Part shown: piece by piece, positions 19,741 to 29,787 of the stretch
Layout: every line of letters starts with the position of its first letter
How positions within the stretch are numbered: position 1 is the stretch's first letter
Source: an uncultured Spirochaetota bacterium
GTDB taxonomy: Bacteria; Spirochaetota; Spirochaetia; SZUA-6; Fen-1364
NCBI GenBank assembly: GCA_963745235.1
Contig: CAVUXE010000053.1
Coordinates: 224,001-288,000 of the forward strand
DNA: 64,000 nt
Direction: 5' to 3'
The notes under the pieces: model-generated
What the model was told of the DNA's origin: nothing
Seen by the model: only the letters and a program-made list of their open reading frames with translations
Databases searched by the model: none
Program-made: the position numbers and the translations under genes

Positions 19741-20999
19741 ATAAGGGCGCCCCTCGCATGATTCTCGCCGCGGTCGCCCTCCTTTCCCTTTTTGGCTGCG
19801 CTTCCGCACCGGACAATTTTCTCCTCACGAAGCTCGACGGGCAGGCCAAGGCACGAGCCCTCGTTGACGAGGGGATTCAGCAGTACCGCGTCCAGCTCCT
19901 CGGGAGAGGAGACCTGGGCAAGGTGGGGTCCGTGCGGGAGTATTTCACCATGGCCCTCCGCTTCGACCCGCAGAGCCTCCTCGCGGCGAGATACCGTGAC
20001 CTGGTGGACAATTTCCGCGCTGCCCAGTTTTCCCACGCGCTGAAAGCGGCGCAGACCGTCTACGCCGTCCAGAGACGGCGGGAGGATGAGGACTACGCCA
20101 TGGTGCTGGAGATACAGACGGCGCGTCGGCTCGACCCGGCGAACGCCGCGGCTGCCCGGCTGGCGGGGGACACGGAGTCAATACGCCAGAGACTGATTGC
20201 GCAGTACCTCTCGAAGGCCTGGACGTCCCTTGGCAAAGCCGCGCAGGCCCCCTCCGCGGCGGACCGTGAAAGCTGGGACATCGATGCATACCAGTCCTTT
20301 GACAAGGTCCTCCAGATTGATCCGCAGAACGGGACAGCCACTGGCCAGATGGAGTCCATCAGGAACGCCCTGGACAAGGCTGCCGCCGCGCGCGTCGAGC
20401 AGGTGAACAAGCTGATTGCCGCCGGCCAGTTCGAGAACGCGGGTGACCAGATTGCGCTGCTGGCCGCCACGAGCCGAAAGGTGGGCGGGGCCCTGGACGC
20501 GCGGGTCGCGGGTGCGCGGTATTCACTCGATTACCAGTGGGCGCGCAGCCTGTGGGCGCGCAAGTCCTACGTGATGGCGGAGGACAAGGTCAACGACGCG
20601 CTCAGGATCTTCCCGACAGACGAGGCCCTGGCCCTGAAAAGGAAGATTGCGGATCTTGCGTCCCAGATGGAGCAGCAGGCTTCGTTCGATTCGTCTCTCG
20701 AACAGATCGACAGCCTCATTCAGCAGGGGGACCTGGCCGCCGCGGCGGGCAGGATCGAGTCCCTCGCCAGGCGAACGGATGACCAGGCCAAGCTGGACCA
20801 GCTGGATGTTCGCCGGCAGAAAGTGCGCTCGTACCTGCCGCAGATGTATGCTGCCGCCGTCAACGACTACAGAAACGAGAGCTTCAAGGACGCAATCGAG
20901 CTGTTACGAACCATCGTCCAGATCGACGTTGACTACGAGCAGGCGGCTGACTATCTGGATAAGGCAAACGCCAAAGAGAAGCTCGTGGAGCAGTACTGA
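19737..20999 (+). CDS. TPR-like helical lipoprotein
   Basis: Lipobox LFGC. Repeated AL.xDP.N TPR-like motifs. Confidence 0.75.
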   Translation: MNKGAPRMILAAVALLSLFGCASAPDNFLLTKLDGQAKARALVDEGIQQYRVQLLGRGDLGKVGSVREYFTMALRFDPQSLLAARYRDLVDNFRAAQFSHALKAAQTVYAVQRRREDEDYAMVLEIQTARRLDPANAAAARLAGDTESIRQRLIAQYLSKAWTSLGKAAQAPSAADRESWDIDAYQSFDKVLQIDPQNGTATGQMESIRNALDKAAAARVEQVNKLIAAGQFENAGDQIALLAATSRKVGGALDARVAGARYSLDYQWARSLWARKSYVMAEDKVNDALRIFPTDEALALKRKIADLASQMEQQASFDSSLEQIDSLIQQGDLAAAAGRIESLARRTDDQAKLDQLDVRRQKVRSYLPQMYAAAVNDYRNESFKDAIELLRTIVQIDVDYEQAADYLDKANAKEKLVEQY

Positions 21000-21000
21000 A

Positions 21001-21079
21001 GGCCAGCCATGGGCGGCCTTTCGGCCATCCCTGGCCTCGGCCGCCCTCAGCCATCCCTCCCACGGTATACCGTGGGAGG
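21001..21079. repeat. Structured intergenic element with perfect 24-bp palindrome (possible bidirectional terminator or REP-like element)
   Basis: CCTCCCACGGTATACCGTGGGAGG at 21056-21079. Additional GGCCAG/CTGGCC and GGGCGGCC/GGCCGCCC inverted pairs. Lies between convergent genes. Confidence 0.6.
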
Positions 21080-22312
21080 CTAGGCCCACTTCTCGCGGAT
21101 GGCGCGGATGATGTCGTAGATTTCAAAGAAAAGGGAAACCAGCTCAGGGTCGAACTGCCTGCCTGATTGTTCCTTTATATAGAAGAGGACGCGGTCCTCC
21201 TCCCAGGCGTCCTTGTACGCCCGCTTGCAGATCAGGGCGTCGTAAACGTCCGCGAGCGTGACGATCCTGGCGGACAGCGGAATGCTCGTTCCCTTCTTTC
21301 CCGGGCCGAACTTCAGCGCCTTATCGTGGATGTCCTTCAGGACGCCGGGGTATCCCGTGCCGTCCCACCGCTCATGGTGATTCAGCGCCACCTCGTACGC
21401 CAGCGTGTCCCACTCCGAGGTGGGGTTGTCGAAGAACTGCGCGCCGTACACGGTGTGGAACTTGACCGCCTCGTACTCCTCCCGCGTGAGGTCCTGCCTC
21501 TTTTTCAGGATGGCGTCCGAGACGCCGACCTTCCCGATGTCGTGGAGCATCGAGGATATCTTCAGGATGTCCTTGAAGTTGCTCACTTCTTCCCGGGGGA
21601 CCGCGTGCTTTTCCGCCCATTTCTGGTACAGCTCCACCGCGTAGGAGCCGACGCGGCTGACATGGGGCTGCGTCTCTTCCGGGTCCCGCAGCTCGGTGGT
21701 GCGGACCATCTTGAAGACGACGTCGCGCAGGAGCAGCGCCCGTTCGATGGCAATCCCCGCGTAGAAGGCGAACTGCGTGATATAGAACTTCTGGTCCTCC
21801 GTGAACGGGACCGGGGAGCCGGCGGCGCCGCGGCGGTTGATCAGCTCCAGCACTCCCACCATGTCGTTCTTGCTTGTTCGGATGGGGACAATGAGCATGG
21901 AAACGGTGCGATAGGAGGATATCTGGTCGAAGTAGGGGTTGAACGAGAACGGGTATGTCGTGTCGATCGCGTACGCGTCGTCAATGAGAAGGGGTTTCCC
22001 CGTGAACGCCACGTAACCGGCGATGGACCGTTCGTCGATGTCGATCTCGTTGTTCGTGTAGATGTACTTGTTGGACAGGAAGTCGCTCTTGAACAGCGAG
22101 TCGTTCTGCACGTAGCTGAACAGGAGCTTCTTCCCGCCCACCAGGAAGATGGAGCCGGCGTCGGCTCCCGTGAGAGCGCGGGTCTCATACAGCAGGCTGT
22201 CCAGGAGCGTGTTCAGATCCCGGATGTGGTGGAGCTTCTCCTGTTTCTCAAGGATCGTGTTCAACAGCGAAGGATCATCTCTGCGCCTGCCCACGCCTGC
22301 CTCCTCTTTCAT
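21080..22312 (-). CDS. GAF + HD-GYP phosphodiesterase (cyclic dinucleotide)
   Basis: GAF motifs ADAGSIFL, SIAGYVA and VGVLELIN. LHDIGK, HHERWDGTGYP and ADVYDAL motifs. Confidence 0.9.
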   Translation of the reverse strand: MKEEAGVGRRRDDPSLLNTILEKQEKLHHIRDLNTLLDSLLYETRALTGADAGSIFLVGGKKLLFSYVQNDSLFKSDFLSNKYIYTNNEIDIDERSIAGYVAFTGKPLLIDDAYAIDTTYPFSFNPYFDQISSYRTVSMLIVPIRTSKNDMVGVLELINRRGAAGSPVPFTEDQKFYITQFAFYAGIAIERALLLRDVVFKMVRTTELRDPEETQPHVSRVGSYAVELYQKWAEKHAVPREEVSNFKDILKISSMLHDIGKVGVSDAILKKRQDLTREEYEAVKFHTVYGAQFFDNPTSEWDTLAYEVALNHHERWDGTGYPGVLKDIHDKALKFGPGKKGTSIPLSARIVTLADVYDALICKRAYKDAWEEDRVLFYIKEQSGRQFDPELVSLFFEIYDIIRAIREKWA

Positions 22313-22474
22313 CACCCGAGTATAGGAGGTTCCCGGCAACGAAGCTATCCCCGCCGCAACGACGCGTCAAAGAGTGCATGGTCCTGGTGTACGATATTCG
22401 ACTATCGCCTGTCAAAAAAAACCTACACTGGGTCGTGTTCTCCACCCGCGGCGGGAGCGATATCTTACAACGCA

Positions 22475-23911
22475 ATGAGGGTGAATACGAGAGTCCACAG
22501 CCTTTCCGTCGCGGCCTGCGCGTGCGTTCTCTGCGGGTGCGCCTCCGTGGGGCAATCCGGTACGGCGCAACCCGTCAACCAGGTGGTGGTGCGAGACGTC
22601 TCGGGGTTTCAGGACGCGATCGAGGTCGTTTCCCAGTCCGCCCTCCCGTGCGTCGTTCACATTGACGTGTCCGGCACGACTCTTCAGCAGGTCCACCGTC
22701 TCGGTCCTTTCGGCCTGTTCTCCGACTCCCCCCAGGGAATTTCCAAGGTCCCCACGCGTGCCCTGGGCAGCGGAATCCTCATTACTCCCGACGGGGTGAT
22801 CGTCACCAACAACCACGTGGTGGAGAACGCGGACTCCATCACCGTGCATTTCTACGACGGAACCGAGCGTCAAGCAATGCTGGTCGGCTCCGACCGTTTC
22901 ACCGATATCGCCGTCCTCAAGGTCGAGGGGACGGGCCAGGCCCGCGTGGCCAGGCTCGGAGACTCGGATTCCCTGCGGGTGGGAGAATGGGTGGTGGCAA
23001 TCGGATCACCCCGGGGCCTCGACTGGACCGTGACCGCGGGGATCGTGAGCGCCACGCACAGGCTGGGGGTCGGCACACAGGCGGCCGCCGGGCTGGAGGA
23101 CTTCATCCAGACAGATACCGCGATCAATCCCGGCAACAGCGGCGGCCCTCTTCTCAATCTGAGGGGGGAGGTCATCGGGATGAACGCCCTCATTGTCTCC
23201 GGAGGGCAGGGGTCCGAAGGCCTCGGATTCGCCATCCCGTCCAACCTCTTGAAGGATGTGGCTGACACCCTCATCCGGGAGGGAAAAGTAACCCGCGGCG
23301 ACCTGGGAATCGTCACGCAGGACCTGAGTGATTCGATCCGCAGGGGTCTGAAGCTGCCCCGCGGCACCCGCGGCGTCGTGGTGACCGAGGCCGTTCCCCT
23401 TGGTCCGGGCGCGGCAGCCGACCTGGCGGCAGGCGACATAATCACCTTTTTCGAGCAGACGCAGGTCACCTCAATGGCGCAGCTCAACCGTCTGGTTGCT
23501 TCGTCCCGGCCGGGGACCAGCCTGACCCTCCGTGTCATCAGGAACGGAGAGGCCCGCAGGGCAACGGTGACCGTGGCGGACCAGCTCGATCTTGCGCAGA
23601 AGCAGGCTGCGCGCCCTGGCTACGCGCTCCTTGGCATCCGCGTGGATGCGGTTTCTGCGGCTCTTGCCCAAAGCGTCGGGTTGAGCGAAACGGCCGGTGT
23701 CGTCGTTGTTGAAGTGGTCACCGGCAGCCCTGCGGAGAGCGTGGGGATCGCCAAAGGCGACATCATATTGCAGGTGGACGGCGAGGATGTGAACGACCAG
23801 GGCCAGTTCCGTACGCACGTCGGGGAGGCAATCCAGACGGGGAGCGTCATCGTCCTCCTCCGAGACGGCGAATCCGGCAAGACCGGATACATGGAAATTC
23901 CAATCCGTTAG
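22475..23911 (+). CDS. HtrA/DegP-family serine protease, paralog 3 (probable lipoprotein)
   Basis: LCGC lipobox. TNNHVV, DIAVLK and GNSGGPL motifs, 2 PDZ domains. Confidence 0.9.
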   Translation: MRVNTRVHSLSVAACACVLCGCASVGQSGTAQPVNQVVVRDVSGFQDAIEVVSQSALPCVVHIDVSGTTLQQVHRLGPFGLFSDSPQGISKVPTRALGSGILITPDGVIVTNNHVVENADSITVHFYDGTERQAMLVGSDRFTDIAVLKVEGTGQARVARLGDSDSLRVGEWVVAIGSPRGLDWTVTAGIVSATHRLGVGTQAAAGLEDFIQTDTAINPGNSGGPLLNLRGEVIGMNALIVSGGQGSEGLGFAIPSNLLKDVADTLIREGKVTRGDLGIVTQDLSDSIRRGLKLPRGTRGVVVTEAVPLGPGAAADLAAGDIITFFEQTQVTSMAQLNRLVASSRPGTSLTLRVIRNGEARRATVTVADQLDLAQKQAARPGYALLGIRVDAVSAALAQSVGLSETAGVVVVEVVTGSPAESVGIAKGDIILQVDGEDVNDQGQFRTHVGEAIQTGSVIVLLRDGESGKTGYMEIPIR

Positions 23912-23912
23912 C

Positions 23913-24812
23913 TCAGGTGGCGAGAGTGGGGTACAGGCGGGACCCGAGAGCCACAACCAGAGTAGTCGCGACCAGCAGGACTCCGAAGTCCATTCCAAGG
24001 CCGTAGGAGGTGGTGCCGCCTGACAGCATCAGGAAGCGCAGCGCATCCACCTGGTACGTGAGCGGGTTTGCGTGGGAGATCACCTGCAGCCAGCGGGGCA
24101 TGATCGATATCGGGTAGATCGCGTTACTCGCGAAAAACAGGGGCATCGTGAGGATCTGGCCGATCCCCATGAAGCGTTCCCGGGTCTTCACGAGGCAGGC
24201 GATGACAAGAGAAAAAGTGGAGAAGAACCCCGCGCCGAGCATCACGGCCAGCAGCACGCCCAGGAGGGGGAGGGGACGCCAGTCCATGCCGACTCCAAGG
24301 AGCACAGCCAGGAGATACACGATGATCGCCTGGGCAAGACCGCGCAACCCCGCTGAAATTGCCTTGCCCACCACGAGGGCTGACCGGGGGGTCGGGCTCA
24401 CGAGGAACTTGTGGAGGATCCCCAGGTCGCGTTCCCAGATCACTGAGATGCCGTAAAAGATCGCGATGAACAGGACGCTCTGGGAGAGGATTCCCGGCGC
24501 CATGAAATCGATGTAGCGCATGCTTCCCGTCGGAATTGCGCGGATGCGGGTGAAGACCTGGCCGAACACCAGGAGCCACAACGCGGGCTGAACGGCGCGC
24601 GTGAGAAGCTCCGTCGGATCATGGAGAAGCTTTCGCGCCTCCATGCCCGCGATGGTGAGGGTCCTTCCGACGTAGCGAACGAGGAATGAGAGAGGGTCGG
24701 TCCCGCCGAGGGCTTGCTCAGCCGAGACGGCGAACTGACCTGCGTGTCCGCCTTGTTTCACGATATGTGCCTCCGGTTTCGAGATTGCTTCCCGTAAAAT
24801 GGATGAAGACAT
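23913..24812 (-). CDS. ABC-2 type exporter permease (DrrB-like)
   Basis: FMAPGIL, IWERDLG, PLFFASNAIYP and NPLTY motifs. Start is uncertain and overlaps the ATPase 3' end. Confidence 0.85.
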   Translation of the reverse strand: MSSSILREAISKPEAHIVKQGGHAGQFAVSAEQALGGTDPLSFLVRYVGRTLTIAGMEARKLLHDPTELLTRAVQPALWLLVFGQVFTRIRAIPTGSMRYIDFMAPGILSQSVLFIAIFYGISVIWERDLGILHKFLVSPTPRSALVVGKAISAGLRGLAQAIIVYLLAVLLGVGMDWRPLPLLGVLLAVMLGAGFFSTFSLVIACLVKTRERFMGIGQILTMPLFFASNAIYPISIMPRWLQVISHANPLTYQVDALRFLMLSGGTTSYGLGMDFGVLLVATTLVVALGSRLYPTLAT

Positions 24813-25515
24813 CGTCCAGGGTGGTCCCGCGCCCGCCAAGGGATGCTTTCAACTCTCCGGGTGTCCCCTCGGCCACCAGGTTTCCCGTGTGCATGATGGC
24901 GATCCTGTCGCACAACGAATCCGCCTCTTCCATCTGGTGGGTGGTGAGAATGATGGTTGCGCCGGTGCGGCTTCGCAGCTCTTCGATGTGGTCCCAGACC
25001 GCGCGGCGGGCGGCCGGGTCCAGTCCCACCGTCGGCTCATCCAGGAACAGGACGCGAGGCCTGTGCAGCATGGATTGAGCGATCTCCAGCCTCCTGATCA
25101 TGCCCCCGGAATACTGGCGCACCTGTTTGTCTGCCGCCTCCGCGAGCCCCATGAACCCGAGGGCCGCTTCCACTCGCTCCCGGCGCTCCCCGCGCGGCAG
25201 GTCGTACAGCCGCGCGAATACCAGCAGGTTCTCCCTGCCGGTGAGCGTGCCGTCCGCGGAGAGCATCTGCGGGACGTAGCCGATGATCCTCCGCACCGCG
25301 CCCGCCTTGTGAACGATGTCAAAGCCGTCCACCAGGGCGGTCCCGGCGGTGGGGGGCAGGAGCGTGGTCAGCATCTTGATGGTGGTGCTCTTGCCTGCGC
25401 CGTTGGGGCCCAGGAGGCCGAACATTTCTCCGCGCTGGATGGAAAGGCACAGTCCGTTCACGGCTACCAGGGCGGCAAACTTCCGCGTGAGGCCCCGCAG
25501 CTCAAGTATTGGCAT
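24718..25515 (-). CDS. ABC exporter ATP-binding protein (DrrA-like)
   Basis: GPNGAGKST, YSGGM and LFLDEPT motifs. Confidence 0.92.
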   Translation of the reverse strand: MPILELRGLTRKFAALVAVNGLCLSIQRGEMFGLLGPNGAGKSTTIKMLTTLLPPTAGTALVDGFDIVHKAGAVRRIIGYVPQMLSADGTLTGRENLLVFARLYDLPRGERRERVEAALGFMGLAEAADKQVRQYSGGMIRRLEIAQSMLHRPRVLFLDEPTVGLDPAARRAVWDHIEELRSRTGATIILTTHQMEEADSLCDRIAIMHTGNLVAEGTPGELKASLGGRGTTLDDVFIHFTGSNLETGGTYRETRRTRRSVRRLG

Positions 25516-25957
25516 GAGCTCTCTCCCTCGCAAAGGCGTTCCTGAGAACCTCCATGGACTGCGTAACGCCCGCGAGATCCCCCTGGCTGACTGCCGCAAG
25601 GATACCGGCCAGGCTCTTCTGGGTCTCCCGTCGGGCCTCGGCAAGCGCGTGCTTCCCCCCGGGGGTGATCTGAAGCGTCAACCTGCGGCGATCCTCCCGT
25701 GCCAGGGCGCGGGTGATCAGCGCACGTTCCTCCAGGCCGTCGACGATCCTGCACGCCGAAGGGGGCGTCAGCCCCAGGTGCTCGGCAACGCTCCCCAGGG
25801 AGACCCCGTCTGCCCGCTCGATGAACACGAGCGTGCGGAACTGCGGAACGCTCAACCCGAGGGCGCGGTGACGCCGCATCTCCGCGCGGATGAACCGCAT
25901 GACGGAGGGAACGACATCCAGGAGCTCACGGGCGCACTCGTCTTCTTCACGTCCCAT
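25502..25957 (-). CDS. MarR-family regulator
   Basis: LSVPQFRTL, winged helix with RIVDGLEERALI, and DRR motif. Confidence 0.9.
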   Translation of the reverse strand: MGREEDECARELLDVVPSVMRFIRAEMRRHRALGLSVPQFRTLVFIERADGVSLGSVAEHLGLTPPSACRIVDGLEERALITRALAREDRRRLTLQITPGGKHALAEARRETQKSLAGILAAVSQGDLAGVTQSMEVLRNAFARERAHANT

Positions 25958-25970
25958 TTATTCGCCTTTC

Positions 25971-26006
25971 TAATTATTAGATAAACTAATTAATCGGTCA
26001 TGTCAA
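25971..26006 (-). promoter_or_regulatory. marR promoter with palindromic operator ATTAG-N5-CTAAT
   Basis: TTGACA on the minus strand at 26001-26006. AT-rich inverted repeat at 25976-25990 over the -10 region. Confidence 0.65.
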
Positions 26007-26042
26007 GTCCCGTCGCCCCTTTTTTGCGTACATTGTTTCTGG

Positions 26043-27140
26043 ATGCCGCAGCCCGCGATTCGCAGCTACGTCGGCAGGTTTTTCGGCCTGTCACGGATGA
26101 GCCACTCGGTCCTGGACGTCCCCTACCTCGCCGTCGGGGCGGTCCTTGCCCTGGGAGGAGTGCCTCCTGTTCGCACCATTGCCCTCGGGCTCGTCTCTGC
26201 CTTCGCCGGCCTGACCGCGATATTCGCGCTCAACGACATCATTGACAGGCGCGTGGACGCCTTGAAGATGAGCAGCGCCCCGGGGAATGCCGCATCGTTC
26301 GACCTGGATTCCCTCGGCTTTCGTCATCCCGTTGCCCAGGGAAAGCTCTCCTTCGGGGCGGGGGTGGCGTGGACCGTTTTCTGGAGCGTCCTTGCGTTCG
26401 CAACGGCCTGGCTGGTCAGGCCGGCCTGCGCCTGGCTGCTGGTGGCCGCCGCGGCGCTGGAAGGCGCGTACTGCAGCCTGCTGCGCATAACACCCTGGAA
26501 GACGGTCCTGTCCGGCTTCAACGTTGCCGTCGGGGGCCTCGCCGGGCTGTACGCGGTCACGAGCTTCCCATCCCGGGGCCTCACCCTGCTCTACTTCCTG
26601 TGGGCGTTCGCGTGGGAAGTGGGCTGTCGGAACATCCCGAACGACTGGACGGACTTCAGCGAGGATGTTGCCCTGGGCATCAAGACCATCCCGGTCCGTT
26701 TCGGGCTCCGCCGCGCCTCCCGGATCTCCTTTGCCCTGATGGGGACAACGGTGCTGTGCGCCGGGCTGTTCCCGCTGCTCTCCCCGCTTGCCGCGTGGCC
26801 GGTCTACGAGGTCGGCGCCATCGCCGCATCGACGTATCTGCTCCTCCTCCCCTCGCTCCGCTGGCAGCGTGACCAGAGCCGCAAATCCGCCCTGGCCTTC
26901 TTCAACCGGGCCTGCTTCTTTCCCCTTGCGATATTCGCCGCACTCGGAGCGGCAGTCGCAATCCGAGCCGCCCCTGCGCCGGTCAGTGCCTCTCTGTTGA
27001 TTTCTTCCGGCGGACTCGCATACTCCAATCCATATGGCAGCCACACAGTTCGACTTGTCGGGAAGAGTGGCGTTGGTGACGGGGGCGAGCAGGGGCCTCG
27101 GCCAATACTTCGGCAGGGCGCTCGCGCGAGCCGGCGCTGA
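26043..27140 (+). CDS. UbiA-family prenyltransferase (true C-terminus probably near 26965)
   Basis: NDIIDRRVD and NDWTDFSEDVALGIKTIPVRFG Asp-rich motifs, multiple TM helices. The ORF runs 107 bp into the next gene, suggesting a lost stop codon. Confidence 0.8.
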   Translation: MPQPAIRSYVGRFFGLSRMSHSVLDVPYLAVGAVLALGGVPPVRTIALGLVSAFAGLTAIFALNDIIDRRVDALKMSSAPGNAASFDLDSLGFRHPVAQGKLSFGAGVAWTVFWSVLAFATAWLVRPACAWLLVAAAALEGAYCSLLRITPWKTVLSGFNVAVGGLAGLYAVTSFPSRGLTLLYFLWAFAWEVGCRNIPNDWTDFSEDVALGIKTIPVRFGLRRASRISFALMGTTVLCAGLFPLLSPLAAWPVYEVGAIAASTYLLLLPSLRWQRDQSRKSALAFFNRACFFPLAIFAALGAAVAIRAAPAPVSASLLISSGGLAYSNPYGSHTVRLVGKSGVGDGGEQGPRPILRQGARASRR

Positions 27141-27849
27141 CCTGATCATCACGAGCCGGCGCGCCTCGGCGCTCGAGGATTTTCGCCGGGAAATCGAGGC
27201 GCTGGGGCGGCGAGCGGTCCCCCTTGAGCTCGACGTCCGGGACTACGGCAGCATTCAGGGCATGGCCGCTTCGGCACGGCAGGCGTTCGGCAGGGTCGAC
27301 ATCCTTGTCAACAATGCAGGGTGCAACGTGCGCAAGCGGGCGGTGGACGTGACGTGGGAGGACTGGAACCTCATCCTGGATACGAACCTCCGCGGATCAT
27401 TTTTCGTTGCCCAGGCCATCGCCCGGATGATGATCGAAGCGGGATATGGCCGCATCATAAACATCGGCTCGGAGACTTCCGTGGCGGGCTATGCGGGGCT
27501 CGGACCCTACGGCGCGAGCCGCGGCGGCATCCGGCAGCTGACAATGAGCCTTGCGCACGACTGGGGGGAATACGGGATAACGGTGAACTGCCTGGCGCCC
27601 GGCTGGTTCAAGACGGCCCAGAACGCAGTGATGTACGAGGACACGGGGTGGGTGAAGTACCTGTTGGAACGGATCCCCCTGGGACGTCCCGGCGCACCGA
27701 ATGACCTTGACGGCGCGGTTGTCTTTCTTGCCGCGGAGGAAAGCCGCTACGTGACCGGACAGATCCTCCTGGTGGACGGCGGCATTTCAGTCGGAGCAGT
27801 CAGGGCGCTGCCCGGTACTCCGCAATCTCCCCGGCGGCCTGGTTCGTAG
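27034..27849 (+). CDS. SDR oxidoreductase (gluconate 5-dehydrogenase/KduD-like)
   Basis: TGASRGLG, NNAG and VNCLAPG motifs. YGASR is a YxxxK variant with Arg. Confidence 0.88.
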   Translation: MAATQFDLSGRVALVTGASRGLGQYFGRALARAGADLIITSRRASALEDFRREIEALGRRAVPLELDVRDYGSIQGMAASARQAFGRVDILVNNAGCNVRKRAVDVTWEDWNLILDTNLRGSFFVAQAIARMMIEAGYGRIINIGSETSVAGYAGLGPYGASRGGIRQLTMSLAHDWGEYGITVNCLAPGWFKTAQNAVMYEDTGWVKYLLERIPLGRPGAPNDLDGAVVFLAAEESRYVTGQILLVDGGISVGAVRALPGTPQSPRRPGS

Positions 27850-28834
27850 CAAAAATCCGCTCGACGCCTGCGTGGCTCAGGATCAACATGTTTGCCGCAC
27901 CGGCCCCCGGGTCAACGACGGTCCTGAGCGGCTCCGCAAGCCTGCCGGCGCGCCCTGCGTCGCGCCGCGGGAACTGGAAGAGCAGGAGGTCCCGCGAGCC
28001 GGCGCGATTGCTGACGAGGATGCTCGCCACGCCTCCCAGCTTTCCCGTCGTCAGGCCGTGGCCGAACTCCAGCTCGCCTTCCCACGCCTTCTTCCAGCCG
28101 CCCGGTCCCATCCTGTACACGAAAAGAGAATTGCCGTGGAAGGGCTGGATGGTGATAAGCTCGTCCTCTCCATCCCCGTCGACATCCGCCACGGCGACCT
28201 CACTGATCTCTTCCTCCAGGATACGGATGAACCCCCAGGTGCTGCCCGACTGGCCAAGGTCTGCCGCGAACAGCCCCTCGGTTCCCGACACGAGCACGGA
28301 CGGCCGTCCCCTGAAGCTCGTGACAAGGAGCCCGTGGTTTCGATGGATTCCTTCCAGGACAGGGACAAGCTCCCAGTTTTCCCCCGGATGTCGCGGAACC
28401 ACGCACGCGTACAGCCTTCCCGGTGTGGACCAGTCCGCGGGGTCCGCCTTATCGGCGGCAAGCGATGCGGCAAGCAGGTACCGAGTCCCGCCGCGGGTGA
28501 CAAAGTCAATCCGGTGCGCAAAGGGCAGGTCGGCGATCTCTGACGGAGTCCACCGCGCGGCTTCCCGGCTGATCCGCCAGAGGGCGCCCGTCTGGAACCT
28601 GTACCCGGGGAAGCACCCCATGATCGCGTACAGCTCACCCCCCTCCGCCACCAGGGCCATGCAGCCCCCCGGGCCGGAGGCGATCCGGGTCGCCTCGACG
28701 TAGGGCGGAGCGGCAAGCATCACCGGACCGTGGTCCTCGGTGGAAAACGCCAGGCACGGCTGACCGTCCAGAATGAGGGTGCCCAGAGGGTAGGGCGCCT
28801 TCAGCGCGGCCAGGACGCGTTTTATGAGCTGCAT
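27800..28834 (-). CDS. Cytoplasmic beta-propeller/FG-GAP-like hypothetical protein
   Basis: VADVDGDGEDEL repeat. His motifs FAHR, RNHG, PFHG and FGHG. No signal peptide. Confidence 0.65.
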   Translation of the reverse strand: MQLIKRVLAALKAPYPLGTLILDGQPCLAFSTEDHGPVMLAAPPYVEATRIASGPGGCMALVAEGGELYAIMGCFPGYRFQTGALWRISREAARWTPSEIADLPFAHRIDFVTRGGTRYLLAASLAADKADPADWSTPGRLYACVVPRHPGENWELVPVLEGIHRNHGLLVTSFRGRPSVLVSGTEGLFAADLGQSGSTWGFIRILEEEISEVAVADVDGDGEDELITIQPFHGNSLFVYRMGPGGWKKAWEGELEFGHGLTTGKLGGVASILVSNRAGSRDLLLFQFPRRDAGRAGRLAEPLRTVVDPGAGAANMLILSHAGVERIFATNQAAGEIAEYRAAP

Positions 28835-28922
28835 GAGTGCGATGGTGCATGCTCGGGCGGGCCCCGGGAAGTGGCCGCTCCGTGTAGCAGGAAGTGTTTT
28901 CCCTCAGTATGATTGAAGAGAT

Positions 28923-29787
28923 ATGGCAGAAGAAGCAGGCTTCGTCGGGCTCGGGGTGATGGGGCACGCCATGGCGGGGAATCTTGCCAGGCAGTACCAC
29001 GTCACGGGCTATGACGTGAACGAGGCTCGATTTCAGGGGCTGTCGGGAGTGGCAAAGGCCGACTCTCTCTCCGGGCTCGCCCGGCGCTGCACGGTGGTTT
29101 GCCTCTCCCTGCCGGATGCGAAGATTGTCGAAGAGGTGGCAACCGTCCTGGCCCGTGATCTGAAGCCGGGCTCCCTCGTGATAGACCTCAGCACCAGCCT
29201 GCCCGCGGTGTCACGCCGGATCGCGGCGCAGCTGGCGGATGCGAGAATCGAGTTCGCCGACGCGCCGGTGAGCGGCGGGGAGGGGGGAGCAAAGGCCGCC
29301 ACCCTCGCGATCATGGTCGGGGCCGGCAAGGCGACCTTCGAAAGGTGCAAGCCCGTTCTTTCTGCAATCGGGAAGACCGTCACCCGGGTGGGGGACGTCG
29401 GGCGCCGGCGGCGTGACGAAGCTGGTCAACAACATGATCGTTGCCTCCACTTTTGCCGTGATTGCGGAGGGCTTCGCGCTGGCCGGGAAAAACGGCGTGG
29501 ATGCCGGCGCGCTGTATGAAGCCATCCGCGAGGGATGGGCCGGCTCGAAAGTCCTGGATGTCAGCGCATCCGCGATGATCGCGGGAGATTACACTCCCGG
29601 GGGGACCATCAACATGATGGAGAAAGACCTCGGCTATGCCCGGTCCCTTGCCGCGGACAGCCATGTCCCCATTCCCATGACCGCCGCGGCTCACGAGGTC
29701 TTCGTTGCGGGGCAGGCCGCCGGGAATGGGGCGCTCTCCCAGCCTGCCATCATCCACCTGTGGCGTGAACGTGGAGGAGACTCATGA
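28923..29787 (+). CDS. Beta-hydroxyacid dehydrogenase (GarR/LtnD-like), +1 frameshift near 29400
   Basis: GFVGLGVMG and DAPVSGG motifs. Removing one G restores GAGGVTKLVNN and KDL. Confidence 0.85.

Noticed and set aside
21167-22474. 914-aa ORF 21167..23911 as a giant HtrA fusion
   Set aside because: The first ~436 codons are the antisense shadow of the HD-GYP gene. The real start with a lipobox is at 22475.
24718-24812. 95-bp overlap of ABC ATPase and permease as a novelty
   Set aside because: The permease start is uncertain, and such overlaps are unremarkable for this exporter type.
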